A model generated the notes under the pieces. It saw nothing but the letters and a program-made list of their open reading frames with translations, was not told where the DNA came from and ran no database searches. The position numbers were made by a program, and so were the translations under genes. 64,000 bases of DNA from contig JBGAHS010000002.1 in NCBI GenBank assembly GCA_044226015.1, forward strand, positions 256,001 to 320,000. The letters are read 5' to 3'. Positions 21,001 through 30,211 of this stretch are shown here, piece by piece. How positions within the stretch are numbered: position 1 is the stretch's first letter; each line of letters begins with the position of its first letter. The stretch comes from Candidatus Obscuribacteraceae bacterium (GTDB lineage: Bacteria; Cyanobacteriota; Vampirovibrionia; Obscuribacterales; Obscuribacteraceae).

Positions 21001-21201
21001 CAGAGGAATTGAAACAGACGAAGCCATGGTCTCTGCTGATGTTCCAGGCAAAGTGCTGGTAACCAATATTGTCGGAAAGTCAACGTTGGGAAGATTGCTT
21101 ATTGGTAATTGCGTGTAGCCGATGGATCCGAAAAGCATGATGGCAAACATGACGAGAATCGTCATTACAGGTCGGGAAATGCAAAGTTGAGATAAGTTCA
21201 T
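18091..21201 (-). CDS. RND efflux permease, MdtB/MdtC type
   Basis: 1036 aa; GFVVDDAIVMLENI, GIVKKNAIMMIDFAL and RFRPIMMTT motifs. Confidence 0.95.
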   Translation of the reverse strand: MNLSQLCISRPVMTILVMFAIMLFGSIGYTQLPISNLPNVDFPTILVTSTLPGTSAETMASSVSIPLEKQFTTISGLTQMTSASSLGQSQITLQFDSNRNIDGAALDVQAAISAASKQLPPQMMIPPTFSKVNPASQPVIYLAVSSKTLPLHQVDYYAETIIAQRIARVSGVAQVQVNGSQQFAVRVQVNPERLASYRMGIDDIVTAVSNANQNQPTGTLWGKHKAFTIESNGQLLSASQYKPIIVGTKEGVPMRLDQVATVVDSVQNDKSAGTFNDSPAIILAVLRQPGANTIQVVDTINKLMPTFQANLPPEVKLDVLYDQSQTIRESVADVQTTLMLTVGLVILVIFLFLGNLSATIIPSLSLPISIIGTFAAMKLLGFSLNNLTLMALSLAVGFVVDDAIVMLENIVRHLEMGKEPMQAALDGSKEIGFTILSMTISLVAVFIPVLLLPGIVGRLFNEFAVSISIAILISGFISMTFTPMLASRFLKAHGTSTNPMLAVSEHIFNGMTHLYRVSLIAALKNKGVITVLSIAMLLGTAFLFVEIPKGFMPSEDSGQIVIMTEGAQGTSFDAMRKHHEDLVKVAHEDKNVESVMSSIGVGNGSPNLTLNQGRLLIVLKDREKRKSGVNEVMSELSEKLADVEGIKCYLQNPPSITIGGQVSKSLYQYTMSSPDSKVLYESARKLLPEIAKVPGVIDVTSDLLIDNPELHIDVNRDRCAQLGITMMQVEDALDSAYAARQISTMYTSTNQFWVIIEVEPRFYRDPDVIHSLRVRSANGQLVPMDTLAKITTGVGPLLVNHYGQFPAVTISFNLKPEMALGDAVNAIKKLASTIVPASVTTSFQGTAAAFEDSFGNLGILLVLAVVVIYIVLGILYESFIHPLTILSGLPSAGLGALIILMVCHKELDIYGFLGLIMLIGIVKKNAIMMIDFALEAERNEGKRPDQAIFEACLARFRPIMMTTMAALMGGVPIALGLGAGAESRQPLGLTVVGGLLVSQFVTLYITPVFYIYLSMLQQKFSPRKHNDDLAMGEQQH

Positions 21202-24200
21202 TGCGCAACGCCCTTCAGACTTTTGACCTTTTTATTTCCGCCACGGCGCTTCGAAATCCATTTTTCAAAGCGATCCAAATACAAGTAGAAGACCGGTGTT
21301 ATATACAGAGTCACCAGCTGGGAAAGAAGCAATCCACCGACAATAGATAGCCCCAGAGACTGCCTCGATTCAGAACCCTGTCCTGTCCCCAAGGCAATCG
21401 GCAAGCTGCCGAAGAGTGCCGCAAGCGTGGTCATCATAATCGGTCTGAAACGCACCAGGCAAGCCTTGTATATTGCCTCTTCAGGACCAAGCCCCTGGGT
21501 TCGTTGAACTTCGATAGCGAAATCAATCATCATGATTGCATTCTTTTTGACAATGCCGATTAGCAAAATCAAGCCCAGAAATCCGTAAATGTCGAGGTCT
21601 TTATGGAAAAGCAAAAGCGTTGCAAGTGCACCGAGCCCTGCCGACGGCAACCCGGTCAAAATAGTGATAGGGTGAATAAAGCTCTCGTACAAAATTCCTA
21701 GAACGATGTAGATAACCAGAATAGAGAGAATAAGGAGAACTGGCAGCCCTTTGGTCGATGCTTCAAAAGCCTGTGCAGTCCCCTGAAAGCTGAAACTCAT
21801 ATCGGCTGGTATCGTATTTTTTGCCAGCTCTTTTATTTGCTCGACAGCTTCGCTCAGTGGTGCGTTTGGCTTTAGATTGAACGAAAGAGTAACGGAAGGT
21901 AGTTGTGCAAGGTGGTTAACTTGAATAGGACCAGAACCGCGAGTAATCGTTGCCACCGCAGAGAGTGGCACGAGTTCACCAGAGTCAGACCTTATTCGAA
22001 GCCACTCAAGCATGGAAGGGTCTTCATAAAACTGCGGCTGCACCTCCATGATGACCCAGTACTGATTTCGGTCTGTGAATATGGTCGAAACCTGCCTTGA
22101 TGCATAGGCACTGTTCAAGGCATCCTGCACCTTCTGCAAAGACACACCAAGCTTAGAGCATTTGTCGCGATCAATGTTTACTTTCAGCTTCTGGTCTTTG
22201 ACTTGCAAATCACTGTTAACATCAGCGACGGCAGGTATCTCCCTGATCTTCTCTTCCAGCTTGCGCACGGCTTTATAGAGTTCGTCGAGATCCATCCCCG
22301 CTATCGTCACTTGATAAAGAGCTTTGGTAATTTGTCCTCCCAACCTGATGGATGGCGGGTTCTGCATAAAGTACTTGGCTCCAACTATTCCGCCAAGTTT
22401 CTTTCGCAAGGAATTTATTACCTCGTCTGCCGTCTGCTTACGTTCTTCGGCGGGCTTCAAGAACAGGTTGAGCCTTCCCTGGTTCAAACTCATAGCACCA
22501 AGCCCGCTTCCGACGCTCGACATAACATTTTTCACGGCTGGGTTTTGCTGCGCAATCGCGGCAATCTTCTTCTGATGCGCCACCATATCTTCAAAAGAAA
22601 TACCTTCTTGAGCTTGCACAGTTCCAGAAATTTGCCCGGTGTCTTCGCTCGGAATAAATCCCTTAGGCACAGCTTGCATCATCATCACAGTTGCAATAAC
22701 AGTAACAACGAATCCCATCAAAACGAAATCGCGATTCTTCAACGCCCAACAAAGAGTCTTATCGTAGGCTCCCAACCAGAGCGAAATTATCTTGTCGGAG
22801 ATTCTTTGCCAGAGCCCGGGCTTCTTTTTGGGGTCGTGTGGCTGCAGAAAACGACTGCACAGCATCGGAGTAAGCGACAACGACACAAAACCAGAAATGA
22901 CTATTGCCACACTGATAGTAACTGCAAACTGGAAGAACAGCCGCCCAATAATGCCACCCATGAGCATGATAGGGAAGAATACTGCCACTAGCGAGAAAGT
23001 CATCGCGAGAATAGTAAAGCCAATTTCCTGCGCGCCCTTCAGCGCCGCCTGAAACACCGGCATGCCATCTTCGATGTGTCGCACAATATTTTCAAGAACA
23101 ACGATAGCATCATCAACCACAAATCCTACGCAAAGCGTTATCGCCATCAACGAAATGTTGTTCAGCGTGAACCCCAAGAGCTTCATTACGGCAAAGGTGC
23201 CAAGCAAAGATATCGGCAGCGAGAGACTTGCAATTACAGTCGTGGAAACGTTTCCGAGAAAGAAAAAGATTACCAAAATTACAAGACCAATTGTAATCAA
23301 TAAAGTCTTCTGCACATCCTCAACTGAGCGGCGAATTGTCGTAGAACGATCGTAAATGATGTTCAGCTTCATTGAAGGCGGTAGTGCCGCACGAAAAGAC
23401 GGCAGCAATTTCTTGATGTTATCAACGACTTCAATCGTGTTTGTGTTTGGCTGACGCTGAATCGCTAAGACGACGGCCCGGTGCCCATTGAACCAGGTTG
23501 CAACCTTATCTGTTTGCACACTGTCGATCACCGTGCCAATATCTTGCAAGCGGACTGGAGCTCCATTTCGATAAGCTACGATGAGCGGTCGCAACTCTTT
23601 GGCATTCATCATCTGCCCATTTACTTTGATGTTATAAGCCTTTGCAGGACCGTATAAGGTGCCTACGGGTAGATTCACATTATTATTGCGAACCGCAGCA
23701 GCGACCTCATCGACACCGATTTTTAACGATGCTAGTTTGCGCGGGTCTATTTGCACACGCGGACAGTAGATTTGCGAACCGAATATCTGAACCTGCGCAA
23801 CTCCGCTGCTCATCGCAACGCGCGGCGCAAGCATGTTCTCTGCGTATTCATCAACAGTATATATTGGCAAATATTCAGAGCTAAGAGCAATGAACAAAAT
23901 AGGAACATCGCCCGGGTTCACTTTTTTGAACACTGGCGGTGTTGGCATGCTCGTTGGCAGCATAGCTCTAGCAGCAACAATAGCTGCTTGCGTGTCTTCT
24001 GCTGCGCCGTCAATTTTGCGGTTCAAATCAAAAGTAAGAGTAATGCTGGTCGAGCCCATTTGACTGGTTGAGTTCATGGAGTCGAGCCCAGCTATGTTGC
24101 TGAATTGCTTTTCTAGCGGAGTCGCAACCGCCGATGCCATCGTCTCTGGTGACGCCCCAGGCAAGCTTGCAGAAACGCTTATCGTAGGAAAATCAACAGC

Positions 24201-24314
24201 GGGCAAATCATTTATTGGCAATGAAACATAAGCAAGCAATCCAAACAAAAGAACGCCTACCATCACAAGTGTCGTCATTACAGGCCGCAGAATGAAGATA
24301 CTTGAGATGTTCAT
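21198..24314 (-). CDS. RND efflux permease, MdtB/MdtC type
   Basis: 1038 aa; same motifs (LPAVDFPTI, VDDAIVVLENI, RFRPIMMTT); tandem paralog. Confidence 0.95.
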   Translation of the reverse strand: MNISSIFILRPVMTTLVMVGVLLFGLLAYVSLPINDLPAVDFPTISVSASLPGASPETMASAVATPLEKQFSNIAGLDSMNSTSQMGSTSITLTFDLNRKIDGAAEDTQAAIVAARAMLPTSMPTPPVFKKVNPGDVPILFIALSSEYLPIYTVDEYAENMLAPRVAMSSGVAQVQIFGSQIYCPRVQIDPRKLASLKIGVDEVAAAVRNNNVNLPVGTLYGPAKAYNIKVNGQMMNAKELRPLIVAYRNGAPVRLQDIGTVIDSVQTDKVATWFNGHRAVVLAIQRQPNTNTIEVVDNIKKLLPSFRAALPPSMKLNIIYDRSTTIRRSVEDVQKTLLITIGLVILVIFFFLGNVSTTVIASLSLPISLLGTFAVMKLLGFTLNNISLMAITLCVGFVVDDAIVVLENIVRHIEDGMPVFQAALKGAQEIGFTILAMTFSLVAVFFPIMLMGGIIGRLFFQFAVTISVAIVISGFVSLSLTPMLCSRFLQPHDPKKKPGLWQRISDKIISLWLGAYDKTLCWALKNRDFVLMGFVVTVIATVMMMQAVPKGFIPSEDTGQISGTVQAQEGISFEDMVAHQKKIAAIAQQNPAVKNVMSSVGSGLGAMSLNQGRLNLFLKPAEERKQTADEVINSLRKKLGGIVGAKYFMQNPPSIRLGGQITKALYQVTIAGMDLDELYKAVRKLEEKIREIPAVADVNSDLQVKDQKLKVNIDRDKCSKLGVSLQKVQDALNSAYASRQVSTIFTDRNQYWVIMEVQPQFYEDPSMLEWLRIRSDSGELVPLSAVATITRGSGPIQVNHLAQLPSVTLSFNLKPNAPLSEAVEQIKELAKNTIPADMSFSFQGTAQAFEASTKGLPVLLILSILVIYIVLGILYESFIHPITILTGLPSAGLGALATLLLFHKDLDIYGFLGLILLIGIVKKNAIMMIDFAIEVQRTQGLGPEEAIYKACLVRFRPIMMTTLAALFGSLPIALGTGQGSESRQSLGLSIVGGLLLSQLVTLYITPVFYLYLDRFEKWISKRRGGNKKVKSLKGVAQ

Positions 24315-24316
24315 TT

Positions 24317-25741
24317 TCAGTCACCGGAGCCGTTCTTGGCTCCTTTGACTATCCTCACTTTGCTGCCTGGAGACAAGGAAAGCTGCCCGTCAGTGACCAC
24401 AACGTCACCAGCCTTTAATCCTGTTTTGATTGCTGCAGTATCAGCGGTCGATCTCTCAAGCTCTACCGGAACCAAAACCACACTGTTGTCTGGTTTCACC
24501 ACAAAAATCGCCGTTCCTTGCTGTGTTGTCTGCAAGGCAGTGGTTGGCACCACAACCGAATCTTCAGTGGCAGGAATAGAAACAGTTACATCAACGAACT
24601 GCCCCGGAAACAAGCGCTGATTCTCATTGTCGAAGGCAGCGCGCATTGTGACGGTACCAGTGGTGGTATTAACCGTATTTTCCAGAAATGAAACTTGCCC
24701 CGTAACCCCGTTTTCTTTGACGCCTTCAATGTCAGCCTGCAGCTTTAAAGTCTTGGCTCTTAAAGCCTGTCTTACTTGGTCGAGATTTTGTTCAGGCAAT
24801 GTGAAGTTGACATAGATTGGTTTCACCTGAGCAATACTCACAAGTGGCTGATTGCTCTGCGCCGTAACAACGTTGCCTTCGTAGACATTCAAGCTGCTGG
24901 TTTTCCCTTCGATGGGCGAATGTATTTTTGTCCAACCGAGCTGAATTTGCGCCGTGCGAACTAGCGCCTGGTCTGCGGCCAACTGCCCTTTAGCCGTCTT
25001 AATAGCTGCTCTATCTGCATCGAGTACACTCTTTGCGTTTTCAATCGCCTTCAGATCAGCTTCAATGGTGGCACTTGCAACTGCAAGATTTGTGGACATT
25101 TGATCGGTCTGCTCATGCGACACAGCACCTTGAGACAACAATGAGCTATAACGCTGACTTTGCCGGGCTGCGAGCTCTTTTTGTGCGCGGTCTTTCTCCA
25201 TATTTGCACGAACCTGACCAACTTGAGCTTCATCTCTGGCAAGCGTTGCTTCGCACTGCTGCACTGTAGCCATGTCTTTGGCTACATTGCCTTCAGCCTG
25301 AGCGAGAGCCGCTTCGTAGGCACTGGGATCTATCTGAAACAACAAATCGCCTTTATGTACGTACTGCCCCTGGCGAAAACAAACTGCTTTCAACTGACCA
25401 CTAACCTGCGGAACAACATTTACGACAGAGAATGGAAGGACATTTCCAATGCTCTTTATCTGAACAGGTACTGATGCAGTTTTAGCAACAGCTACGGTCA
25501 CAGGCACATTGCGCTCTTTGGCTTTTTCTACCGGCGCTTTCTTTGTGGCTATCGTAAAGTACCAGATGCCTGCCAGAACCGCTGCGCCAAGTAACAAGAG
25601 AAAAACGATTCGGATAAAGCCCGGCTTTTGCCCTTGCTCTACTCTCTCTGATTCGTCGGCTCGAGTAAGTTCTGTCATTTCATCTAATTGTACATTTTTC
25701 ATAGGAAACTCCAGAGTCACATCTTGCTGTGACCTGAACAC
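24317..25741 (-). CDS. RND periplasmic adaptor (MdtA type)
   Basis: N-terminal TM anchor, GQYVHKGDLLFQIDP, helical hairpin, TTGTVTMRA, GDVVVTDGQ. Confidence 0.93.
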   Translation of the reverse strand: MFRSQQDVTLEFPMKNVQLDEMTELTRADESERVEQGQKPGFIRIVFLLLLGAAVLAGIWYFTIATKKAPVEKAKERNVPVTVAVAKTASVPVQIKSIGNVLPFSVVNVVPQVSGQLKAVCFRQGQYVHKGDLLFQIDPSAYEAALAQAEGNVAKDMATVQQCEATLARDEAQVGQVRANMEKDRAQKELAARQSQRYSSLLSQGAVSHEQTDQMSTNLAVASATIEADLKAIENAKSVLDADRAAIKTAKGQLAADQALVRTAQIQLGWTKIHSPIEGKTSSLNVYEGNVVTAQSNQPLVSIAQVKPIYVNFTLPEQNLDQVRQALRAKTLKLQADIEGVKENGVTGQVSFLENTVNTTTGTVTMRAAFDNENQRLFPGQFVDVTVSIPATEDSVVVPTTALQTTQQGTAIFVVKPDNSVVLVPVELERSTADTAAIKTGLKAGDVVVTDGQLSLSPGSKVRIVKGAKNGSGD

Positions 25742-25933
25742 AATTCGAGTGAACCTTTACTTGTATAGACGCTTCCATGGACATTTTGGTTCAAACCAAT
25801 GCATTAACTTTGACTAAGGTGATCGCCAAAACGACCAATCCACACAAAAATTACCAACAATTAGTTTGTGGTTCTGATCATTTTGCCTAGTTTACGCCTG
25901 AAGCAAAATTCTTGCCTTAAATCCAAAACTTAC

Positions 25934-26704
25934 TTAGTGGTTTGAACTGCTAATTCTCACACGTGCAAGCTCAAGCACTTTTTGGCAGACCTCATCTTGA
26001 GTGAACTGATCAGTATCAATCAAAACCGCATCATCAGCCTTCTTCAAAGGTGAAACAGCTCGGGTCGAATCAAGATGGTCACGCTGAATAATGTCAGCAG
26101 TAATTGTTGCAAGATCGGCAGTTTGCCCCATTTCTTCCATATCTTTCAAACGGCGCTTAGCTCTAACTTCAGGACTTGCTGTAAGAAAAATCTTTAGCTC
26201 AGCGCTCGGCAACACAACAGTTCCGATGTCACGTCCATCCATAACAACTCCGCCCTGATTGGCAAGCTTTTGCTGTTTCTCAACCAACAACTGTCGCACA
26301 CCGCCAATCGCAGACACCTGGCTCACAAACCTGGTGATAATGCGCGAACGCACAATAAAGCTCAAATCAGCGCCATTCACAATAACTCGCACCTTACCCT
26401 GTGAACTATCATCAGGCGGAAGAAGCTCAATGTTGGCATTTCTAACGAGATCAATAACCTTGAATTGGTCATGTACTACGTCGACTTTTTTCTCCAGCGC
26501 GATCCAAGTTGCTGCGCGGTACATAGCCCCGGTATCTATATATAGATAACCAAGCTCGTGAGCGACTTTCTTCGCCAGAGTCGATTTGCCAGCTCCGGCT
26601 GGTCCGTCAATGGCGATGGATATTCGCTTTTCGGAGCCGTTTGGCTCTGCATCTGCCATAAGTCCGTTCCCAAGAAGAGTTTCCATGCCGGCACCTTCAT
26701 CCAA
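25934..26704 (-). CDS. cmk: Cytidylate kinase
   Basis: IAIDGPAGAGKST, DTGAMYRA and VMDGRDIGTVVLP motifs. The start may be downstream of 26704. Confidence 0.96.
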   Translation of the reverse strand: MDEGAGMETLLGNGLMADAEPNGSEKRISIAIDGPAGAGKSTLAKKVAHELGYLYIDTGAMYRAATWIALEKKVDVVHDQFKVIDLVRNANIELLPPDDSSQGKVRVIVNGADLSFIVRSRIITRFVSQVSAIGGVRQLLVEKQQKLANQGGVVMDGRDIGTVVLPSAELKIFLTASPEVRAKRRLKDMEEMGQTADLATITADIIQRDHLDSTRAVSPLKKADDAVLIDTDQFTQDEVCQKVLELARVRISSSNH

Positions 26705-26804
26705 AGAGTTTTAACCAGACAATGATACGCTGTCTCAGTTTCTTTTCACAATGCCTCTTGAGCACGAATAAAGCTTCGTTAGATTAATTGGCAAAGCCAG
26801 CCAC

Positions 26805-27647
26805 TTAATTCAAGCCAAGCGCAGAAAGAAAAGTTTGTGTAGTATCTTTCAGTACTTTTTGCCAATTCTGATCTTTGGGCGCTGGAAGCGCACGAAGCTT
26901 GTTCAGCGTTGAGCGTTGCTCTTCGGGAGTGTGAACGTATTCAGGAATCATGCTGGATTTTTCTGGAACGAAAAAGTCTGTGGAAGCCGCAGTGTCCGCA
27001 TGTGTAACGTGGGGATTGTTGAAGAGTGGCTCGACGACATTCCACTGAGTTATGGGCGCAGCGGCAGGTGCAGCAGGCACAACAGGCATCACAGGCTTAC
27101 GAATGCGACTTTTCGGAATCGGCATGGGCAATTCAAATCGCGGTCTGGGTGGAGCAAAGCCAGGCTCTGTTCCAAAAATTTTGTCGAGCAAGGCACGTTC
27201 ATCGAACATCAGATTGCCGCTTTCAGGCAATGCTGGATAAAGTTCTAGAATTCTGTGCAACGAGATGAACAACGAGCGATCTAATTCTTCGAACTCCTCA
27301 GGGCTGAGGTCGAGAAAGGCGAAGCTTCCCTCTCGTAGCTCGATCATGGCGCGCACAGCTTGATAGGCATCGCAACCTTCAATGCTGTCTGAGCTTGAAG
27401 CAGCAACGATGTGACTGCACTCAGCTATCAAAATTTTCCCGTGAAAACTGTCACCAGGACTGGAAATTCGCAAGAGCCCATATTGAACGTTAGGCACGTC
27501 GACGATTGACTGAAGCACATCTGCCATGCCCCAAGAACGCGATAAAGACCCTTCAAAAACTACGTCCACTTTACAAGCCCGAGTTACGGCGAACACATGA
27601 GTATTGTCTACGTAATACGGGCAGGATGCAAGTGGGAAAACCCGCAA
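26805..27647 (-). CDS. DUF4388/PATAN-like domain protein with a Pro-rich tail
   Basis: LQSI...GLLRISS...GKILI....IVAA...EG.DA...MIELREGSFAF pattern. Confidence 0.6.
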   Translation of the reverse strand: MRVFPLASCPYYVDNTHVFAVTRACKVDVVFEGSLSRSWGMADVLQSIVDVPNVQYGLLRISSPGDSFHGKILIAECSHIVAASSSDSIEGCDAYQAVRAMIELREGSFAFLDLSPEEFEELDRSLFISLHRILELYPALPESGNLMFDERALLDKIFGTEPGFAPPRPRFELPMPIPKSRIRKPVMPVVPAAPAAAPITQWNVVEPLFNNPHVTHADTAASTDFFVPEKSSMIPEYVHTPEEQRSTLNKLRALPAPKDQNWQKVLKDTTQTFLSALGLN

Positions 27648-27725
27648 AAGCTCTAATATTCACGCTCTGCTGGCTTTATAGTCCGATAATTCGAGTTAAT
27701 GTAGGGTCTCTATCTTAGCTCTATC

Positions 27726-28076
27726 TCAGGCTTTCGGGACGGAACTGCGTCGCGCCATGAATCCTTTCAGCCAATTTTCGAAACTCGGTAGCGTTGGCAC
27801 GCCTTTTGCAGCGTCAGCTTGAGCATCTTCAAGGCTCATGCCCTGGTCTATATTAGCGATTATGCGCAGAACTTCGCCATCTTCCGGAAAGCGCCCATTT
27901 GCTTTCTTCGAATAAATCAAGCGACCATTGTGTTCTACTTCGAATACACCACCAGATGATTGGAAGAGTTTTGCACTTTCGTCTAATTGAGTTTCTATTT
28001 CAGCCGCCAACCTGGCAGCTCTTGCGCGGTAGCCTCAAGCTCCGCAGTAAGTAATCGTGAAAGGGATGTTTCCCAT
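27726..28076 (-). CDS. SelT/SelW/SelH (Rdx) family selenoprotein, Sec at codon 14
   Basis: RBS AAGGAG, ATG at 28076, MGNIPFTITYCGA-TGA(28035-28037)-GYRARAARLAAEI...SGGVFEV..NGRLIYSKK..GRFPE. 116 aa with read-through. Confidence 0.92.
28002..28020 (-). promoter_or_regulatory. Putative bacterial SECIS element
   Basis: AGCUGCCA-GGU-UGGCGGCU stem-loop beginning 15 nt after the UGA. Confidence 0.75.
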
Positions 28077-28124
28077 GAGTATCTCCTTTAGTGCTGGAAC
28101 AGCGGTGTTAAACGCTTCTCACTT

Positions 28125-28877
28125 CTAGCTTCTGTTGAAGCCAAAAATGCGCTTCCACCATGGCATGTTCAGAACTAGATTATACTCACGTTTCAATTCT
28201 TCCAACTCTTTGCGGGTTAGTTCTAAATCAGATTTGGCTCTTGCACTCTCGCTTGCGCTGCTTTCAAGTAAACGCATCGAGCCCTGCATTTGGGAAATGA
28301 TGCGAAGATCTTCCATGTGCAGGCGGCGCTCTTCGCTCAAAGTTTTTTGAGTAGAAAGCAGTTCACGTAACAAATGCTCAACCTCTTCGCTACGATCAAT
28401 GACTATGGTGGGTTGATCATAGTTATGCTCAGAACGAGCAAGACTGCGCTTCCCAGAGCTTTCTGCTGTACCACGCAAAAACTCAGTTAGGTCTGGCATC
28501 TCAAAACTGCTTTGGGTATCTTGCGGCGTATAGCTGCCACCGCGAAGGCGAAAACCTGCTGGAGGTGTAAGCCGCCATTCTTCACCTTTTTCGGTTCTCA
28601 CCTTTTTGGCAGCCCAGCCTTCCGGCAGTTTATTACCCCAACGTCCGAGCAAACTGCGTTCGAGTGCGCGCACACTCTTTCCTAGTATCGCAGCCGCCTC
28701 CGAAATATTGAAGATTGGGCGAGGCGCTTCCTGAGCTGCCGCCGAAGGACTGGTCTCTGAATCAGAACCATTTGATTCAGTCGCTGCAGCGGAAATTTCT
28801 CCATTCAAGAAATCAGAGCTGTCACCAAAGGTGGTGACATATTCAATACTGTTTTCTGCGGGATCTTTCGTAGACAT
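28125..28877 (-). CDS. HTH, coiled-coil and C-terminal amphipathic helix protein
   Basis: FNISEAAAILGKSVRALER HTH-like segment, long coiled coil, PWWKRIFGF terminus. Confidence 0.7.
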   Translation of the reverse strand: MSTKDPAENSIEYVTTFGDSSDFLNGEISAAATESNGSDSETSPSAAAQEAPRPIFNISEAAAILGKSVRALERSLLGRWGNKLPEGWAAKKVRTEKGEEWRLTPPAGFRLRGGSYTPQDTQSSFEMPDLTEFLRGTAESSGKRSLARSEHNYDQPTIVIDRSEEVEHLLRELLSTQKTLSEERRLHMEDLRIISQMQGSMRLLESSASESARAKSDLELTRKELEELKREYNLVLNMPWWKRIFGFNRS

Positions 28878-29147
28878 CTGACTATCTCCTCTCTTGCGCG
28901 GCAGAACTGAAGCCGAATGTATATATCATTTAACTCAAGCAAGTTCAGTCTAACTTGAATTGTCGACTAACAAAATGACGGGAAAGGAACTGGAGATTAA
29001 TCCCCAATAAGCATTCTTGTATTAGAAGAAAAGCAAGCTGCTGTAATGCAAAAACAGTCCTGATTGGTTACCATTAGATATTCACTGAACACCACCGCTT
29101 CCTAAAAGCGGTAAACAATTCGACACCAATATCTCGGAGTTTTCAGC

Positions 29148-30176
29148 TTGAGAGTTTCCATCACCATCACTGCAATTATCTTGTCAGTCCTTTTCATACG
29201 CAACGCATCTGCATGCACAGAAGTTATTTTGAACAAGAAAAAAGACCTTGTGATTTCAGGGCGAACACTGGACTACAACTCAGAACTTGGCTCAAGAATT
29301 TGTTTTGTAGAAAAGGGAAGCAAAATAGAAGACCCAGGTGTCAAATGGACACAATTTCAAGGTGCAGCCCTGAGCTGGACAAGCAAATACAACGCTGTAC
29401 TCGTCGATGCTTTCAATGAGAAAGCCTATGTAGACGGCATGAATTCAGAAGGTCTCAGCGTTGCTTGTTTGTGGCAAGCTGACACAGAACTGCCGCAGGC
29501 AGTCAATGATGGAACCCGTGCACTTTCTAATGTCGCTCTGGTCGAATATCTCACCGAAAACGCCAGAGATGTCGAAGAAGCGAAGAAATTGATATCAGGC
29601 TTATCCCTTTTTCTCTCAAACTACAAGGGGCAACCGATGGTACTCCACTGGATAATCAATGACAAATCGGGTAAAAGCACTGTCGTAGAAATCAAAAATG
29701 GCAAGGCAAAATTCTTTGACGAAGTAACAAGCGTGGGCGTAATGGCAAATCAGCCAAGCTACGACAAACAGCTGGACAATTTGAAAACGCACAAAAGTGA
29801 ACAAGCTCAAAGTGCAAAATCATACGTTTTGCCGGGAGATTATCAATCAAAAAACCGGTTTGTGCGCAGCGAGTTTCTGGTATCACATTTGCCACCATAC
29901 GAAACAGCTGAACAGGGAGTAGCGGCAGCAATACAAATTCTTCACAACGTCGAATCTCCCAAAGGAGCACAACCCACAGGTTCTTACACTCAGTGGATAA
30001 CAGTGCGAGACCAATCCAACCTGCGTTACTGGTTCTTGAGCGCAAACCGACCAGCACCAAAACTTGTTGATTTCAAGAATATCGACTTCAAGTCTCTTGC
30101 AGGCAAATTCGTAGCCATCGATAGCGCCAATTCTGGTGATGTATCCAAACTTCCAGAGCTTACTGCATCCAAGTAA
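29148..30176 (+). CDS. Secreted linear amide C-N hydrolase (choloylglycine hydrolase/penicillin V acylase family)
   Basis: Signal peptide ending ASA followed by the catalytic Cys (CTEV); GRTLD, DGMNSEGL, ANQP and LPGD...RFVR motifs. Confidence 0.9.
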   Translation: MRVSITITAIILSVLFIRNASACTEVILNKKKDLVISGRTLDYNSELGSRICFVEKGSKIEDPGVKWTQFQGAALSWTSKYNAVLVDAFNEKAYVDGMNSEGLSVACLWQADTELPQAVNDGTRALSNVALVEYLTENARDVEEAKKLISGLSLFLSNYKGQPMVLHWIINDKSGKSTVVEIKNGKAKFFDEVTSVGVMANQPSYDKQLDNLKTHKSEQAQSAKSYVLPGDYQSKNRFVRSEFLVSHLPPYETAEQGVAAAIQILHNVESPKGAQPTGSYTQWITVRDQSNLRYWFLSANRPAPKLVDFKNIDFKSLAGKFVAIDSANSGDVSKLPELTASK

Positions 30177-30211
30177 GGTCGCACTCGCAAAGACACAATT
30201 AGGATTTTACG

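Noticed and set aside
22203..22991. 262-aa plus-strand ORF and similar ORFs inside the RND genes
   Set aside because: Antisense shadows of strongly supported genes.
18091..25741. Two tandem RND permeases without an outer-membrane factor
   Set aside because: Ordinary MdtABC-type arrangement; TolC-like partners are often encoded elsewhere.
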